Notes: generated from the sequence alone by a model not told the origin. Positions 9,183-18,610 are shown, counted from the stretch's first letter. The stretch is 64,000 nt of DNA from an uncultured virus (IMG/VR IMGVR_UViG_3300046513_000233) (IMGVR_UViG_3300046513_000233), one strand, 5' to 3'. Translations and numbers: made by a program.

Positions 9183-9959
9183 ATGCAATTCCGTGACCAC
9201 GAAGCCGTCAAGGGCAAGCGCGACTCCTACCCCGTCGACCCGCGGGCGCTGAAGGTAGACCCGACGTACAACGTGCGGGACATGAAAGACCCTGAGACCA
9301 TCGCGCACGTTCGCTGGCTGGCCGACTCAATCAAGGAGTCCGGTGTTCGCGTGCCGCTGGAAGTCCGCTTGGAAGGCGAAGACATCTACGTTGTTGCCGG
9401 CCACTGCCGGCACGCTGCAACCATGCTGGCCATCAGCGAGGGCGCGGAGATCGAAACCGTTCCGACCATTCCGGAGCCGAAGGGCACCAACGAAGTTGAG
9501 CGCGTAATCAATCTTGTTATTTCGAACTCCGGCAAGGCGTTGTCGCCGCTGGCTATCGCGGAAGTCGTTCGGCGCCTGATGGCCTTCGGCTGGGATGCCG
9601 CGAAGATCGCGCAGCGACTCGGCTGGAAGTCTGCCGGCGCCGTCGACCAATACGTGACGCTTCTTGGTGCGGCTCCGGACGTGCAAGCCATGGTGCGTAG
9701 TGGCGAGGTTGCGGCCAGCACCGCGGCCAAGGTGGTCAAGAAGGAAGGCGCCAAGGCCGGTGCGACGCTGGCCGCAGCGGCCAAGAGCGGCGGGAAGGTG
9801 ACAGCGAAGACCATCCGGCAGAGCAAAGGCGAATTCGATCCGACGCCGAAGAATGTCGCGGTGCTCGTGAAATTCGTTCGCGACATCGCAGCCGGCAACA
9901 GCGGTCTCAAGCCCGCCGCTCAGAAGATCGTAACGCAGCTTAGCTTGGAAGTGGCGTGA
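9183..9959 (+). CDS. ParB/Srx N-terminal domain protein with HTH
   Basis: YNVR, LADSI...GV..PL.V, VVAGHCR..A; IAQRLG HTH. Confidence 0.85.
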   Translation: MQFRDHEAVKGKRDSYPVDPRALKVDPTYNVRDMKDPETIAHVRWLADSIKESGVRVPLEVRLEGEDIYVVAGHCRHAATMLAISEGAEIETVPTIPEPKGTNEVERVINLVISNSGKALSPLAIAEVVRRLMAFGWDAAKIAQRLGWKSAGAVDQYVTLLGAAPDVQAMVRSGEVAASTAAKVVKKEGAKAGATLAAAAKSGGKVTAKTIRQSKGEFDPTPKNVAVLVKFVRDIAAGNSGLKPAAQKIVTQLSLEVA

Positions 9960-10071
9960 TGACGCCGGAGGAACGAGCGAAAGACTTCTACAGCCTGCCG
10001 CCGTCAGCTAGAACGCTGGCGGCACTGGCGAGAATGATCCGGCAGGCAGAGCGGGACGTGAAGGAATCGAA

Positions 10072-10812
10072 ATGACCAGCGACAAAGACATAGTTACCAA
10101 CAACGAAATCTTGCGCGGCTTAGTCGGCTCTACAGCGCACGGCATCAACATTATTGGTCAAGACGACCGCGACGAAACCGGAATCTTCATTGAGCCTCCG
10201 CAGAATGTCTGCGGTCTTGAGCCGCTAGACCATTACATTTGGCGAACGCAGCCCAACGGCGTTCGTAGCGGCCCCGGCGATCTTGATTTGACGATGTACA
10301 GCCTTCGCAAATTTTGCCGTCTTGCGGCCAAGGGCAATCCGTCTGTAATGATTTTGCTTTGGCTGCCAGAGTATATCAACATCACAGATGAAGGTAAGAT
10401 GTTGGTCAAGGCGCGCGATTGTTTTGTTAGTCGCGAAGCCGGCGAACGTTTCTTAGGTTACCTGATCGCACAGAAACAAAAAATGAAAGGCGAGAAGGCT
10501 CATACCGTCAGCCGTCCGGAGTTGGTCGCGAAGTACGGCTACGATACCAAATTCGCCATGCACGCGTTGCGACTTGGCTTCGAAGGTGTCGAGCTAATGA
10601 GAAGCGGAACGCTAACACTGCCGGTTGCAGAACCGAACCTGACGACTCTCCGCGCTATGAGAGTTGGTGAGATCAACGCGGCCGATGCCTTGCGGTTGAT
10701 CGAAGAGACGGAGTCGACTCTTAGGGCGCTAGTTGAACATTGCCAGTGGGACGCGGATACGGCCGGCATCAATAGGCTTATGGTCGACCTACACAGCAGG
10801 CATTGGCGGTAG
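10072..10812 (+). CDS. Pol-beta superfamily nucleotidyltransferase (RlaP/YcgL-like)
   Basis: GSTAHG....DDRDETGIF, KF..LA.KGNP, YDTK.A.HA.RL. Confidence 0.85.
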   Translation: MTSDKDIVTNNEILRGLVGSTAHGINIIGQDDRDETGIFIEPPQNVCGLEPLDHYIWRTQPNGVRSGPGDLDLTMYSLRKFCRLAAKGNPSVMILLWLPEYINITDEGKMLVKARDCFVSREAGERFLGYLIAQKQKMKGEKAHTVSRPELVAKYGYDTKFAMHALRLGFEGVELMRSGTLTLPVAEPNLTTLRAMRVGEINAADALRLIEETESTLRALVEHCQWDADTAGINRLMVDLHSRHWR

Positions 10813-11009
10813 TGACTCCCCTCCTCCACTTCGTCGGCTTCAAAGACGATCGCTACCACGCCGCGGTCAAGGTCTGGGGCAAGCCGGATTTCTTTCATCG
10901 GTTCTATGACCGTCGCGCGGAGGCTGATATAGCCCCGGGCGACGTTGTCGTTTTTGCCTGCCCTGAAGTGGTGCGTGAATTTTCTTTTGACGATTCTGCA
11001 AATTGGTAG

Positions 11010-11038
11010 TTGACGCCTAGGGCGGTTGGCCCTATGGT
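11010..11038 (+). promoter_or_regulatory. Promoter/operator repeat copy 6
   Basis: TTGACG-c-CTAGGGC-ggttg-GCCCTAT, -10 TATGGT. Confidence 0.9.
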
Positions 11039-11065
11039 GAGTCTATCAGGAACGGAGTTAAGCAG

Positions 11066-11344
11066 ATGCACACCCGCAGCGCGAAGAACAAGGTGACCGG
11101 CAAGTTCACCGTGACGGTTACCGACTGGAATGGCGTTGAGTGCTTCCGCGGAGAGTTCGCAGATATGCATGACGCCGATTTGGCCGCCTCCCGCGAAGAG
11201 CGGGCTATGATGCTCCGCATGCAGGCGACACCGAGCGGACAGAGCGCACGCAGCTACATGGATGCGATGGAAGATGACGCGCCGTTGTCGCTTGATGAAA
11301 TCTTCATGTCGGACGACGAGCTTTTGCGGGAGTTGGAGTCGTGA
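11066..11344 (+). CDS. hypothetical protein with acidic C-terminus
   Basis: GGAG RBS after the promoter. Confidence 0.7.
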   Translation: MHTRSAKNKVTGKFTVTVTDWNGVECFRGEFADMHDADLAASREERAMMLRMQATPSGQSARSYMDAMEDDAPLSLDEIFMSDDELLRELES

Positions 11345-11516
11345 AACAGCCAACCGGAATGGAAGAAGTCATAGCCCTAGAGAACGCCATCAGGGCGGGG
11401 CTGCCGAAGGCCGTGGGGCGTTTGGCCGATGAAGCCCGGGCGATCATGGGCGGGAAGCGTCCGGCCTCCGGCAGCCGCCTAGAGGCTCTGCGGGAGATAG
11501 TCGGGAGGATGGGGAA

Positions 11517-11747
11517 ATGAAGGGCTACTACGTCACCCTACAACGGGGCGAGCGTACCGCATGGTTGCTAGGTCCATTTAAAGACCATCAACGAGCCAAA
11601 GATGCCGTCCGAGAGGCCACGGCTAAGGCGAATGAGCTAGACCCCAGAGTTCACTTCGACGCGTATGGGACCTCGTCCATGGATGCGGCCACCCTGCCCC
11701 CGGGAAAACTAAATTCGATCCTGCCGCATTTAGTTGTTGACGCATAG
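11517..11747 (+). CDS. hypothetical phage protein
   Basis: YYVT......LLGPF motif; stop codon lies inside the next promoter repeat. Confidence 0.6.
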   Translation: MKGYYVTLQRGERTAWLLGPFKDHQRAKDAVREATAKANELDPRVHFDAYGTSSMDAATLPPGKLNSILPHLVVDA

Positions 11748-11765
11748 GGCCGTCTGCCCTATGTT
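11737..11765 (+). promoter_or_regulatory. Promoter/operator repeat copy 7
   Basis: TTGACG-c-ATAGGGC-cgtct-GCCCTAT, -10 TATGTT. Confidence 0.9.
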
Positions 11766-11789
11766 TGTTTCAACAGAAGGAACGAGCAC

Positions 11790-12053
11790 ATGGCCATCAA
11801 CAAGTCGGCTTCCAAAATCGGTACCCTCCGCTTCAACAACGGCAACGAAACCGCCCTCTACATCGGCGCCAACAGCAACACCGGGGCAACGATCGTTTGG
11901 CAGGTTCTGAACGGCGGCAAGTCCACCCGCCTCACCGGCAAGCACATTGCCGCGCTCGCCAAGGAACTGGCCGCGGTGTTCACCAAGAAGGAAGCCGCGT
12001 GGATCGATGAAGTCAACTTCGCCGCGCTCGATTGCCTCACCCGGTTGGCGTAA
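11790..12053 (+). CDS. hypothetical protein
   Basis: AAGGA RBS after the promoter. Confidence 0.7.
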   Translation: MAINKSASKIGTLRFNNGNETALYIGANSNTGATIVWQVLNGGKSTRLTGKHIAALAKELAAVFTKKEAAWIDEVNFAALDCLTRLA

Positions 12054-12056
12054 GTC

Positions 12057-12092
12057 AAAAAAAATAGCCCCGCCGAAGCGGGGCTTTTCTTT
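12057..12092. terminator. bidirectional rho-independent terminator
   Basis: A8-T-AGCCCCGC-cgaa-GCGGGGCT-TTTCTTTT between convergent operons. Confidence 0.9.
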
Positions 12093-12607
12093 TATGCGCT
12101 GCCCTTAACCAGCTTCAGCCCGAACCCGCCGCTGTAGGCTCGCCAGCCGAGATAGAATTCTACCGGGCCGCTGTACGACACGAACGGCAGAGGCCCCGCG
12201 ATCTTAAGTGCAGCGAACGCCGCCAAGATCGCCAGAGGCCACCACAACCAGATAGCGCCTACGATCGCCAGCGCAGCCACGACAGCGGCCCCAGCGCTGA
12301 AGGGCGTCCACAGGACCGACCACTTCCAGCCCCGCGCTGGCGGGCTCGCGTCGCGCCATGTGGTGAGCAGCACGGGCGCCAGCCCGACAGCCGTATAGTT
12401 CTTGTCTTCCACCCCCAGCACATAGCCAACCAGATTCATGCCCGGGTTACGGCAGAACCAATAGAAGTTTCGCAGTAGCTGATTGGTCACCCCGGGAAGG
12501 TATGGCGTGCCGTTGTTGATCGTCGGCGCCGTCCACCCATCAGGCCCGACAAGCCACCACAGCGGGTTGAGCTTGTTCCAGATGGGTACCGGAGTCCTGT
12601 TCGTCAT
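12092..12607 (-). CDS. membrane protein
   Basis: Hydrophobic W/A/L-rich segments. Confidence 0.55.
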   Translation of the reverse strand: MTNRTPVPIWNKLNPLWWLVGPDGWTAPTINNGTPYLPGVTNQLLRNFYWFCRNPGMNLVGYVLGVEDKNYTAVGLAPVLLTTWRDASPPARGWKWSVLWTPFSAGAAVVAALAIVGAIWLWWPLAILAAFAALKIAGPLPFVSYSGPVEFYLGWRAYSGGFGLKLVKGSA

Positions 12608-12641
12608 TTGAATTCGTTCGTACATTGTATCTCCAAAACAG

Positions 12642-12672
12642 AAAAAGCGCCCCGCTCGAATGAGCAGGGCGC
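12642..12672 (-). terminator. rho-independent terminator
   Basis: GCGCCC..GCTC/GAGC..GGGCGC hairpin followed by a U-tract on the minus strand. Confidence 0.6.
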
Positions 12673-12923
12673 GGGTAACGAAGGCTATAGGTTCGCGACA
12701 AACTCGCGAACGTCCGTAGGTGGTTTATTTGATCGAACCGGCAAGCCGTCCCCTAGCTCACCGGAAGCCCGGCGCCTTTCAAGGTCTTCAAACGCTTTGT
12801 TCATCTGCTCGCAAATCTCCTCCGCGGTTGCCGGCTTGTCTCCGCGGGTGAATTTGAAGTTCACCAACTTGCGCGATGGATCGCCAAATAGACGATCCAT
12901 CAGCTTGGTTTGCTCCGGCCCCA

Positions 12924-13457
12924 TCACGCAGCCCAACTCAGATCGCGAGCGAACTCGTTGACCTTGTCGCGCAACTCTTCAATCGTGCCGCTGTTGTCGA
13001 TTACCGCGGCCGGGTTCTTTGGCTTGAACTGCTCCGACACATGATCGCTGTTGATGCCGCCTCGCCCGACAAGCTGCAGCACCACACCGCCCCGCAGCAC
13101 AATCGCGGCCTCTTCGTTGTCGTGGCGAAGGTCGTCGAAAAGCAGGTTCTCTGCTTCGCTCTTCGCCCCGAACTCGATATCAACCCAAAAGTCTTCGCCG
13201 CCGAACTCCCTGCCCCACTGGCCAATGCCCTGCATGAACTCACGCGGAGACTTGTTGTTCAGGTACGGAGATGGCAGTTCTTTTAGATCGCCTTCAACAT
13301 ATCGTTCGATGTCCTCAACGCCCTGATACCTCAACAGAGCGCGAAACATTTCCTTCAAAGCGTTGGCGAACTTGCCGCGGGTAAATCCGCGCTCCAACAG
13401 AACGTCTGCCGTGGTGCCCTTGCCGCTGCCTGCCTCGCCAGCGATTCCGATAATCAT
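12924..13457 (-). CDS. deoxynucleoside monophosphate kinase
   Basis: IIGIAGEAGSGKGT P-loop, FANALKE, SPRE.MQ..G, DDLR..NE, H.SE. Confidence 0.85.
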   Translation of the reverse strand: MIIGIAGEAGSGKGTTADVLLERGFTRGKFANALKEMFRALLRYQGVEDIERYVEGDLKELPSPYLNNKSPREFMQGIGQWGREFGGEDFWVDIEFGAKSEAENLLFDDLRHDNEEAAIVLRGGVVLQLVGRGGINSDHVSEQFKPKNPAAVIDNSGTIEELRDKVNEFARDLSWAA

Positions 13458-13792
13458 AGATACATCACTTTCAAATCAAGAGCCTCTGCAACTGCCTTCT
13501 CCGCAATCGCGCCTTTGCTGGTCGTCCAGTTCGGTAGCAACGCAACGGCTTCGGCGTGGCTGCAGACGAACTCTAAATCCTTGCCGAACACTAGTCGGCC
13601 ATCAATTCCAGCTATTGCCTCGTCGCCAGAGGGATTGTCGCGATAGATACCCGGGCCGTAAATCTTCTCCGCGCTCTCTACCGGATTGAACACCTCGTGA
13701 CCTTCAGCGCGTAGCTTGGCCGTCGCGTCATTGAATGCCTGATAGCCGAAATATGGCAAACCACGCATTTTGCCAGCAACGTAAATCTTCAT
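13454..13792 (-). CDS. DUF4406 (nucleoside 2-deoxyribosyltransferase-like) protein
   Basis: KIYVAG.M.G.P....AF, VFNP, LLPNW..SKGA.AE. Confidence 0.8.
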   Translation of the reverse strand: MKIYVAGKMRGLPYFGYQAFNDATAKLRAEGHEVFNPVESAEKIYGPGIYRDNPSGDEAIAGIDGRLVFGKDLEFVCSHAEAVALLPNWTTSKGAIAEKAVAEALDLKVMYL

Positions 13793-13793
13793 G

Positions 13794-14174
13794 TCACCAC
13801 TTCTTTCCGTTCGCAGCCATACGAGCTTCGCGGGTGTGATCTTTGCGAGTGGCGTTGTACGCCATCTTTTCATGAACCGCGCCGTCAAGGTCTAGGCCGT
13901 TGTCGCCGGCATAGTCGAAGATTCGAATGAGAGCGTCCGCCAACTCGACTTCAACTCCCTTGCGATGCGGCAAGTGATCGTCCATCAAGTTTTTGCGTTC
14001 GGCCTCGAATGCCTCCGATAGCTCCGAATGCATCAGTGCGAAGCGTTCACCCTTATTGAGAGTTAGCGGCTCGCCTGTCTCAAGATTGGTGTAGAAGTGG
14101 GACGCAGCGGCCCGGCAATGTCGGGCCAGATCGTTGAGGGGAGTCGACGATGTAACTTGGAACACCGGCATCAT
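13794..14174 (-). CDS. MazG-like NTP pyrophosphohydrolase
   Basis: LMHSELSEAFE, VELADALIRIFD, EKM.YN..R. Confidence 0.85.
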   Translation of the reverse strand: MMPVFQVTSSTPLNDLARHCRAAASHFYTNLETGEPLTLNKGERFALMHSELSEAFEAERKNLMDDHLPHRKGVEVELADALIRIFDYAGDNGLDLDGAVHEKMAYNATRKDHTREARMAANGKKW

Positions 14175-14734
14175 TGCCCCGCCCTCACGCGTCCGGAGAT
14201 ATGCTCAATAGCGTCCTGAACGTCATACGTGACCAACGTTGCAAAGTTGTACATCACGTCATAGCGCTCCGGCTCCTCTTCCAATAGGATCACAGCCGGC
14301 ACGCCACCGCGAGCCGCCCAGCCGAATTCGATATGGCCCGACCTACCGGCCGGCATGACCATAATGACGCCTTCGCTTCGAAGGATGTTGTCACGGTCCA
14401 ACGCGAAAGTGTTCTGAGCCGCCCGACCGGCCAGAGCTTCCACGAACGATCGGCCGCGAATCTTCTCGTACTCAAACCAATGGTCGTCGGCCTTCTCACC
14501 CGTCCCCCACCAATCATCGAAGGCTTCGAAGCCGGCTGCTCGTACGGCGTTGCCTACTGTCGGGATGTTCTTGTTTCTCAGTGAGCCAATGATGTAGATG
14601 CACGGCTTGCGGACGTGCGCTACAGGCCACGGCTTAGCCGCAGAAACGTGCGACTGTGACGGCAATTCGGATGCGCTTAACGTGTGCGTGAAACACGGTT
14701 CTGCCTTCGTAGTCAGATCAATGGTCGTTAGCAA
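14171..14734 (-). CDS. nucleoside 2-deoxyribosyltransferase-like protein
   Basis: IYIIGS.RN, F..D...I..S..V.MV.PAGRSGH.EFG; start uncertain. Confidence 0.65.
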   Translation of the reverse strand: MLTTIDLTTKAEPCFTHTLSASELPSQSHVSAAKPWPVAHVRKPCIYIIGSLRNKNIPTVGNAVRAAGFEAFDDWWGTGEKADDHWFEYEKIRGRSFVEALAGRAAQNTFALDRDNILRSEGVIMVMPAGRSGHIEFGWAARGGVPAVILLEEEPERYDVMYNFATLVTYDVQDAIEHISGRVRAGQ

Positions 14735-14747
14735 TTTGCTTTCTCCT

Positions 14748-14984
14748 CTAAAGCGTTTTTCTAGTCCCAATAACCGTGCCGCAGAATGCTCCAGCCATTG
14801 CGGGTAGCAGCATCCACGGATCATTGACGTAGTTGATTGCGGCGTACCCGCTCAACGCTATGATAGCTGCGGCGTAGACACCGGCAATCATGGCGCGATG
14901 TGCCGTAATGGCCGCGGTGTACTTTGCCCACACGAGATCAAGAACGAACAAGGCCACGAACACGATTGCGCATTGAACAAGCAT
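14748..14984 (-). CDS. small membrane protein
   Basis: Three hydrophobic segments; GAF.GT. Confidence 0.6.
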   Translation of the reverse strand: MLVQCAIVFVALFVLDLVWAKYTAAITAHRAMIAGVYAAAIIALSGYAAINYVNDPWMLLPAMAGAFCGTVIGTRKTL

Positions 14985-15349
14985 CAGTAATAAGCCTTCG
15001 GGTCAAAGCCATGAACGCTGCATACTTCTTCGGCCAGATGTCTAAATGCGCCGCTGTGCGTATCTGGCGTTCCGCGGCTGTCCATCTTCAATTCCTCTAG
15101 GTGAAGGTGAACCATTTCATGACTCATTTTCTCAAGAAGCGTTGAACTGTGTGCAACGGCGTTCGATGAAATTTCGATAGTGTGTCGCTTGCCGTTCCAT
15201 CGGTATCGCGCGAACCACCTTCGCGAGCGCGATACCTTGAAAATGATTTCCTCAGACTCCGGCAGGCCCCACTCACTGAAAGGCGGCGTGGTCCGCAGAT
15301 AGTCATATGCGGCTGCCAGCGTTTCCGGCGTGAGTGGAAGTGTCATCAA
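14984..15349 (-). CDS. SprT-like Zn metalloprotease
   Basis: HEMVH plus downstream H...F. Confidence 0.7.
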   Translation of the reverse strand: MMTLPLTPETLAAAYDYLRTTPPFSEWGLPESEEIIFKVSRSRRWFARYRWNGKRHTIEISSNAVAHSSTLLEKMSHEMVHLHLEELKMDSRGTPDTHSGAFRHLAEEVCSVHGFDPKAYY

Positions 15350-15499
15350 TCCGAATCCCGTTCCGCCTTCAATTTTCTAGCGTGAGACAGGTTTCGCTTG
15401 CCGGTAGCGTTTAGCTTGCCGCGTCTATTCATGGACTCCAGCCACTTCAATTCGTCGTCGTTATCCCAATGATCTTCAATATCGTCATCGTCAAACATG

Positions 15500-15898
15500 C
15501 TAGGCAGCCTTCTCAAATGTCTCTGCTAAATTGTCGTTTTCCGGCTCCGGAAGGTGGCGCCATCGCTTTGAACGCTTGCGGCTGGCGTTCTCTGCCGGCG
15601 TTACCCATTCGAGGTTATTGCGCTGGCAGTCGAGCGAGTCGGAGTTGGCGTGATCTCCAATAGTGTGTTTTTCGGATGGTGGGATTTCCCCCATGCGTTC
15701 CGATAGAATCTGCTTGTGCAAGTACAGCGTCTTTGGTCGACCGTTGATCTTGGTCGACCGAGTGGCGTACATCTTGCGCCGGTGACGGTCGAATCTGTAA
15801 TGCCACTTCCATTGTTGACACCAATTGTAATCCTCCGGAGAGACGACAGCGAAAATGCTGTCATCTCTCGTACACAGGTAGATTCGACACTCGCTCAT
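15500..15898 (-). CDS. HNH endonuclease
   Basis: YLHK.I...GDHANSDSLDCQR.NL.WVT..EN. Confidence 0.8.
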   Translation of the reverse strand: MSECRIYLCTRDDSIFAVVSPEDYNWCQQWKWHYRFDRHRRKMYATRSTKINGRPKTLYLHKQILSERMGEIPPSEKHTIGDHANSDSLDCQRNNLEWVTPAENASRKRSKRWRHLPEPENDNLAETFEKAA

Positions 15899-16142
15899 TA
15901 CGCGGCCTGCCATTCCTTCGGCGGGTATTGCACCCACGACGGGCGACCGTCCTTGTCCCAATCGTGGCGAATAATACGATCCGGCTTGCGATAGACAGCC
16001 CCGTCTTGATGGTAATGAGGCTCCCAATGTTCTTTAGGAAGTCCGTAAGTTCTGTTGTATTTGCTGCACACGCAACCGACTTCATAAGCATAAGGTCCGT
16101 GCGGCATTCGGTAGCCATACTGAACAGTCCAGACGCGCTCGG

Positions 16143-16631
16143 TCATGCTGCTACCTGTGTTTGTTTGTTGTCGTTTGCAGCGACACCACAAACGTATTCG
16201 TACCTACTTCTAGGCAGTAATTCCGTCTTGTCTTCGCGCGGCCTGCTTTTTACGCTCCACGACTTACCGGGCGTTCGGTTTGTAAAACGCCACCCGGCAG
16301 CTTTGAGAGATGTACCGGGCTCGTCTTCTCGGATAAACGTTCCGATGCGATGATAGCCCAGCGCCTTTCCTGCCCTAGCAACAGCGCCATACAGAAACGA
16401 ACAAACGTGTTCTGTACCGTCAGTGCATAGCCGCGTTATTTCCAGTGAAACTCCATCGTCAAGACGCCTTGCAACCGGCCTGCCAACAATAGCAACGCCA
16501 ACAACGACACCGTCTTGAACTGCAGAGATCGAAAACTTATGACCCTGCACTTTCTTGTGGTGACGGTGAAGCCTAGCAACATACTCGTTTGCTGCAGCTA
16601 GGCTTATCGTCTTGACTTGGAATTTGCTCAT
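16143..16631 (-). CDS. XF1762-family (Mom-like GNAT fold) protein
   Basis: AN.YV...HRHH, GVAIVGRPVAR.LDDG, LE.TRLCT, E.GTSLKAAGW. Confidence 0.75.
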   Translation of the reverse strand: MSKFQVKTISLAAANEYVARLHRHHKKVQGHKFSISAVQDGVVVGVAIVGRPVARRLDDGVSLEITRLCTDGTEHVCSFLYGAVARAGKALGYHRIGTFIREDEPGTSLKAAGWRFTNRTPGKSWSVKSRPREDKTELLPRSRYEYVCGVAANDNKQTQVAA

Positions 16632-17914
16632 GCCGCCTGCCGAAGCTCTACGGGCCGGTTGTCGTTCGCCGCGAGCGCAGGCTTACCGCGGCTAGGCGGG
16701 AAGTTCTGTCTCTGCCGGCCGGTTTCGCCGTCGAAGCGATGCAGCGTTACTGACTGCATGGCGCTACCGGAGCGGTAGGCGTGGCTATGTGCGTATGAAT
16801 CACGGGGCACGGGCTGCGAGAATGATTCACAAATCAGCGAACCGATTTGCTTCTTGGTCTCGTGGTGGATGTGCCCGAAGATGCACCACCGATAGAGCGA
16901 AGCGTTCCAGTATTCCGGATTGTCTTCGGCCATCATGACATACATACGGTCGGGCTTCATCGTGTGGCCGTGCGTCGCGCCAGTGTAGTTCACGCCGAAC
17001 AGATGAAAGAAGTGATCGTTGTTCGCTTCGGCCGGGTCCAATTCGACTCGCGGTTCGTTGGAATAGAACATACCGAGAGCTATGTTCAGCCACATAGCCG
17101 AATTGTTGTCGTGGTTGCCCTTCAGGTTCTTTACGATGACCTTCTTGTGACGCTGTAGGGCTAGGTCAATCGTGGTGCGCAGCATGTTGACGCCAGCCCA
17201 CTTTACCTTCTGATCGCGTCCGTCAACGTCAAGCTGATGGCCCGAACCTTCGGTTACGTTCTGCTGATTGTCCGCGTGGAAGAAGTCGCCAGTATTGACG
17301 ATAACGGCAGTCTCTGCGGGCGGGGACCAACCGATAAGGCGCTGTAGCGTGCCCTGTACCCGGTTGATGCCGATATCAAGATTGTTTGACTCGCCGGTTT
17401 CTCTCCCGAAGGAAAGCATCCCGAAGTGAGGGTCAACGATCGGGTAGTAATTGCAAAGGTCTGCGTACGTTTCCTTCGGAGGCGGAACCAATTTCGCGTA
17501 GCCTTCGTATTGGCTGAACTCGCTTTTGATGGCTTCGCCAAGAGCGATCTGGGACGCGGCGCCGGGCATTGCCCGAATCCAGTCTTGAACCACGCGCCCG
17601 TCAGCGTCGCGCTGAACGGTCATCTTTCCAAGGAAGTGAGTCTTCGGCATTTCGAAGACTTCGCCGCGGGTTTCCTGCTTTTGTGTAATCGTCTGCCCGC
17701 CGTTCGGGGCTGTCGAAACCTTGGTGATTTCGAACCCCGGCCAAGCCGGCTTGTGGTCTAGCATCAATCCTGATGCAGCCGCCCGACGAAGCCAGCCTCT
17801 GAAGGTCGACTCCGCGACGCCTGCCGCGGTTGCGGCAGCGCGCTTAGAGCCATGCTCTCCATAAAGCCTAACGGCCTCTAGCATGTCTTCGTCGGACGGC
17901 GGCTGAATTCTCAA
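16628..17914 (-). CDS. calcineurin-like metallophosphoesterase with N-terminal HTH
   Basis: DPHFG, GDFFH, GNHD, THGH, GHIHH. Confidence 0.85.
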   Translation of the reverse strand: MRIQPPSDEDMLEAVRLYGEHGSKRAAATAAGVAESTFRGWLRRAAASGLMLDHKPAWPGFEITKVSTAPNGGQTITQKQETRGEVFEMPKTHFLGKMTVQRDADGRVVQDWIRAMPGAASQIALGEAIKSEFSQYEGYAKLVPPPKETYADLCNYYPIVDPHFGMLSFGRETGESNNLDIGINRVQGTLQRLIGWSPPAETAVIVNTGDFFHADNQQNVTEGSGHQLDVDGRDQKVKWAGVNMLRTTIDLALQRHKKVIVKNLKGNHDNNSAMWLNIALGMFYSNEPRVELDPAEANNDHFFHLFGVNYTGATHGHTMKPDRMYVMMAEDNPEYWNASLYRWCIFGHIHHETKKQIGSLICESFSQPVPRDSYAHSHAYRSGSAMQSVTLHRFDGETGRQRQNFPPSRGKPALAANDNRPVELRQAA

Positions 17915-17982
17915 AACTAATCCCCTTCTCAGTGATCGAATATGTACCGATTTTAGCTACAAAAAGCAATGCCGTTCAAGCT

Positions 17983-18333
17983 TTAGGCGTGCGTGGCGCC
18001 CATACGCGTGAACATACCGTCGATACGGGTTCCCAAGTTGGCGATAGCGTCGACAAGCCGGTTTTCGAGCGTTACGAGATGTTTGTACGAAACATATTCT
18101 TTGGCTGTATCTTCGCGGTGCTTGGCAAGCTCAGTGGCGACGCGCTCAACCTTCAGCGTGTTGGCTGCCACGTTGATGCCGGCAATATCAGCCCGGCCGG
18201 AGGCGGCCACTGCAGTGGCCTTAACTTCAGCGATATCGTTTCCGACTGTTCGTGTGATCTTCACGACATAGCCAACGCAGGTCAAAACCAAGCCGACCGT
18301 TGCAACGATCGCGACCCAAAGTGCGACTTCCAT
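17983..18333 (-). CDS. membrane protein of the lysis cassette (holin candidate)
   Basis: N-terminal TM plus coiled coil; adjacent to the spanins. Confidence 0.45.
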   Translation of the reverse strand: MEVALWVAIVATVGLVLTCVGYVVKITRTVGNDIAEVKATAVAASGRADIAGINVAANTLKVERVATELAKHREDTAKEYVSYKHLVTLENRLVDAIANLGTRIDGMFTRMGATHA

Positions 18334-18334
18334 T

Positions 18335-18610
18335 CTACTTCCAATTTGCTCTTAGCGACTCGTACCAACTAAGGAAGCGATTGCCGCATTTCTTCATTAC
18401 GATGAATTTGACCCGATCAGACTTCCACAGCGACTCAACGTCGTATGCGGTTAGAGCCCGATCGGGGACAGTGGTAGAACTCGCCCGGAAGCACGTCTGA
18501 ATGTCAGCCGGCACGGGCGGTAGTTGACTGGCAGAGTCGCTACCTGATGTTACGCACCCGCCTAGCAGCATCAACGTCAAGGCAAGCGTTGCCATTAGCC
18601 GGAGTTTCAC
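18335..18610 (-). CDS. o-spanin (Rz1-like lipoprotein)
   Basis: Lipobox LGGC, Pro-rich; overlaps the 3' end of the i-spanin. Confidence 0.75.
   Translation of the reverse strand: MKLRLMATLALTLMLLGGCVTSGSDSASQLPPVPADIQTCFRASSTTVPDRALTAYDVESLWKSDRVKFIVMKKCGNRFLSWYESLRANWK

Noticed and set aside
6309..11765. CRISPR array or integron attC cassettes
   Set aside because: Repeats are separated by whole genes at irregular spacing and match a sigma70 promoter. There are no cas genes, no attC R-box (RYYYAAC/GTTRRRY) structure and no recognisable integron integrase.
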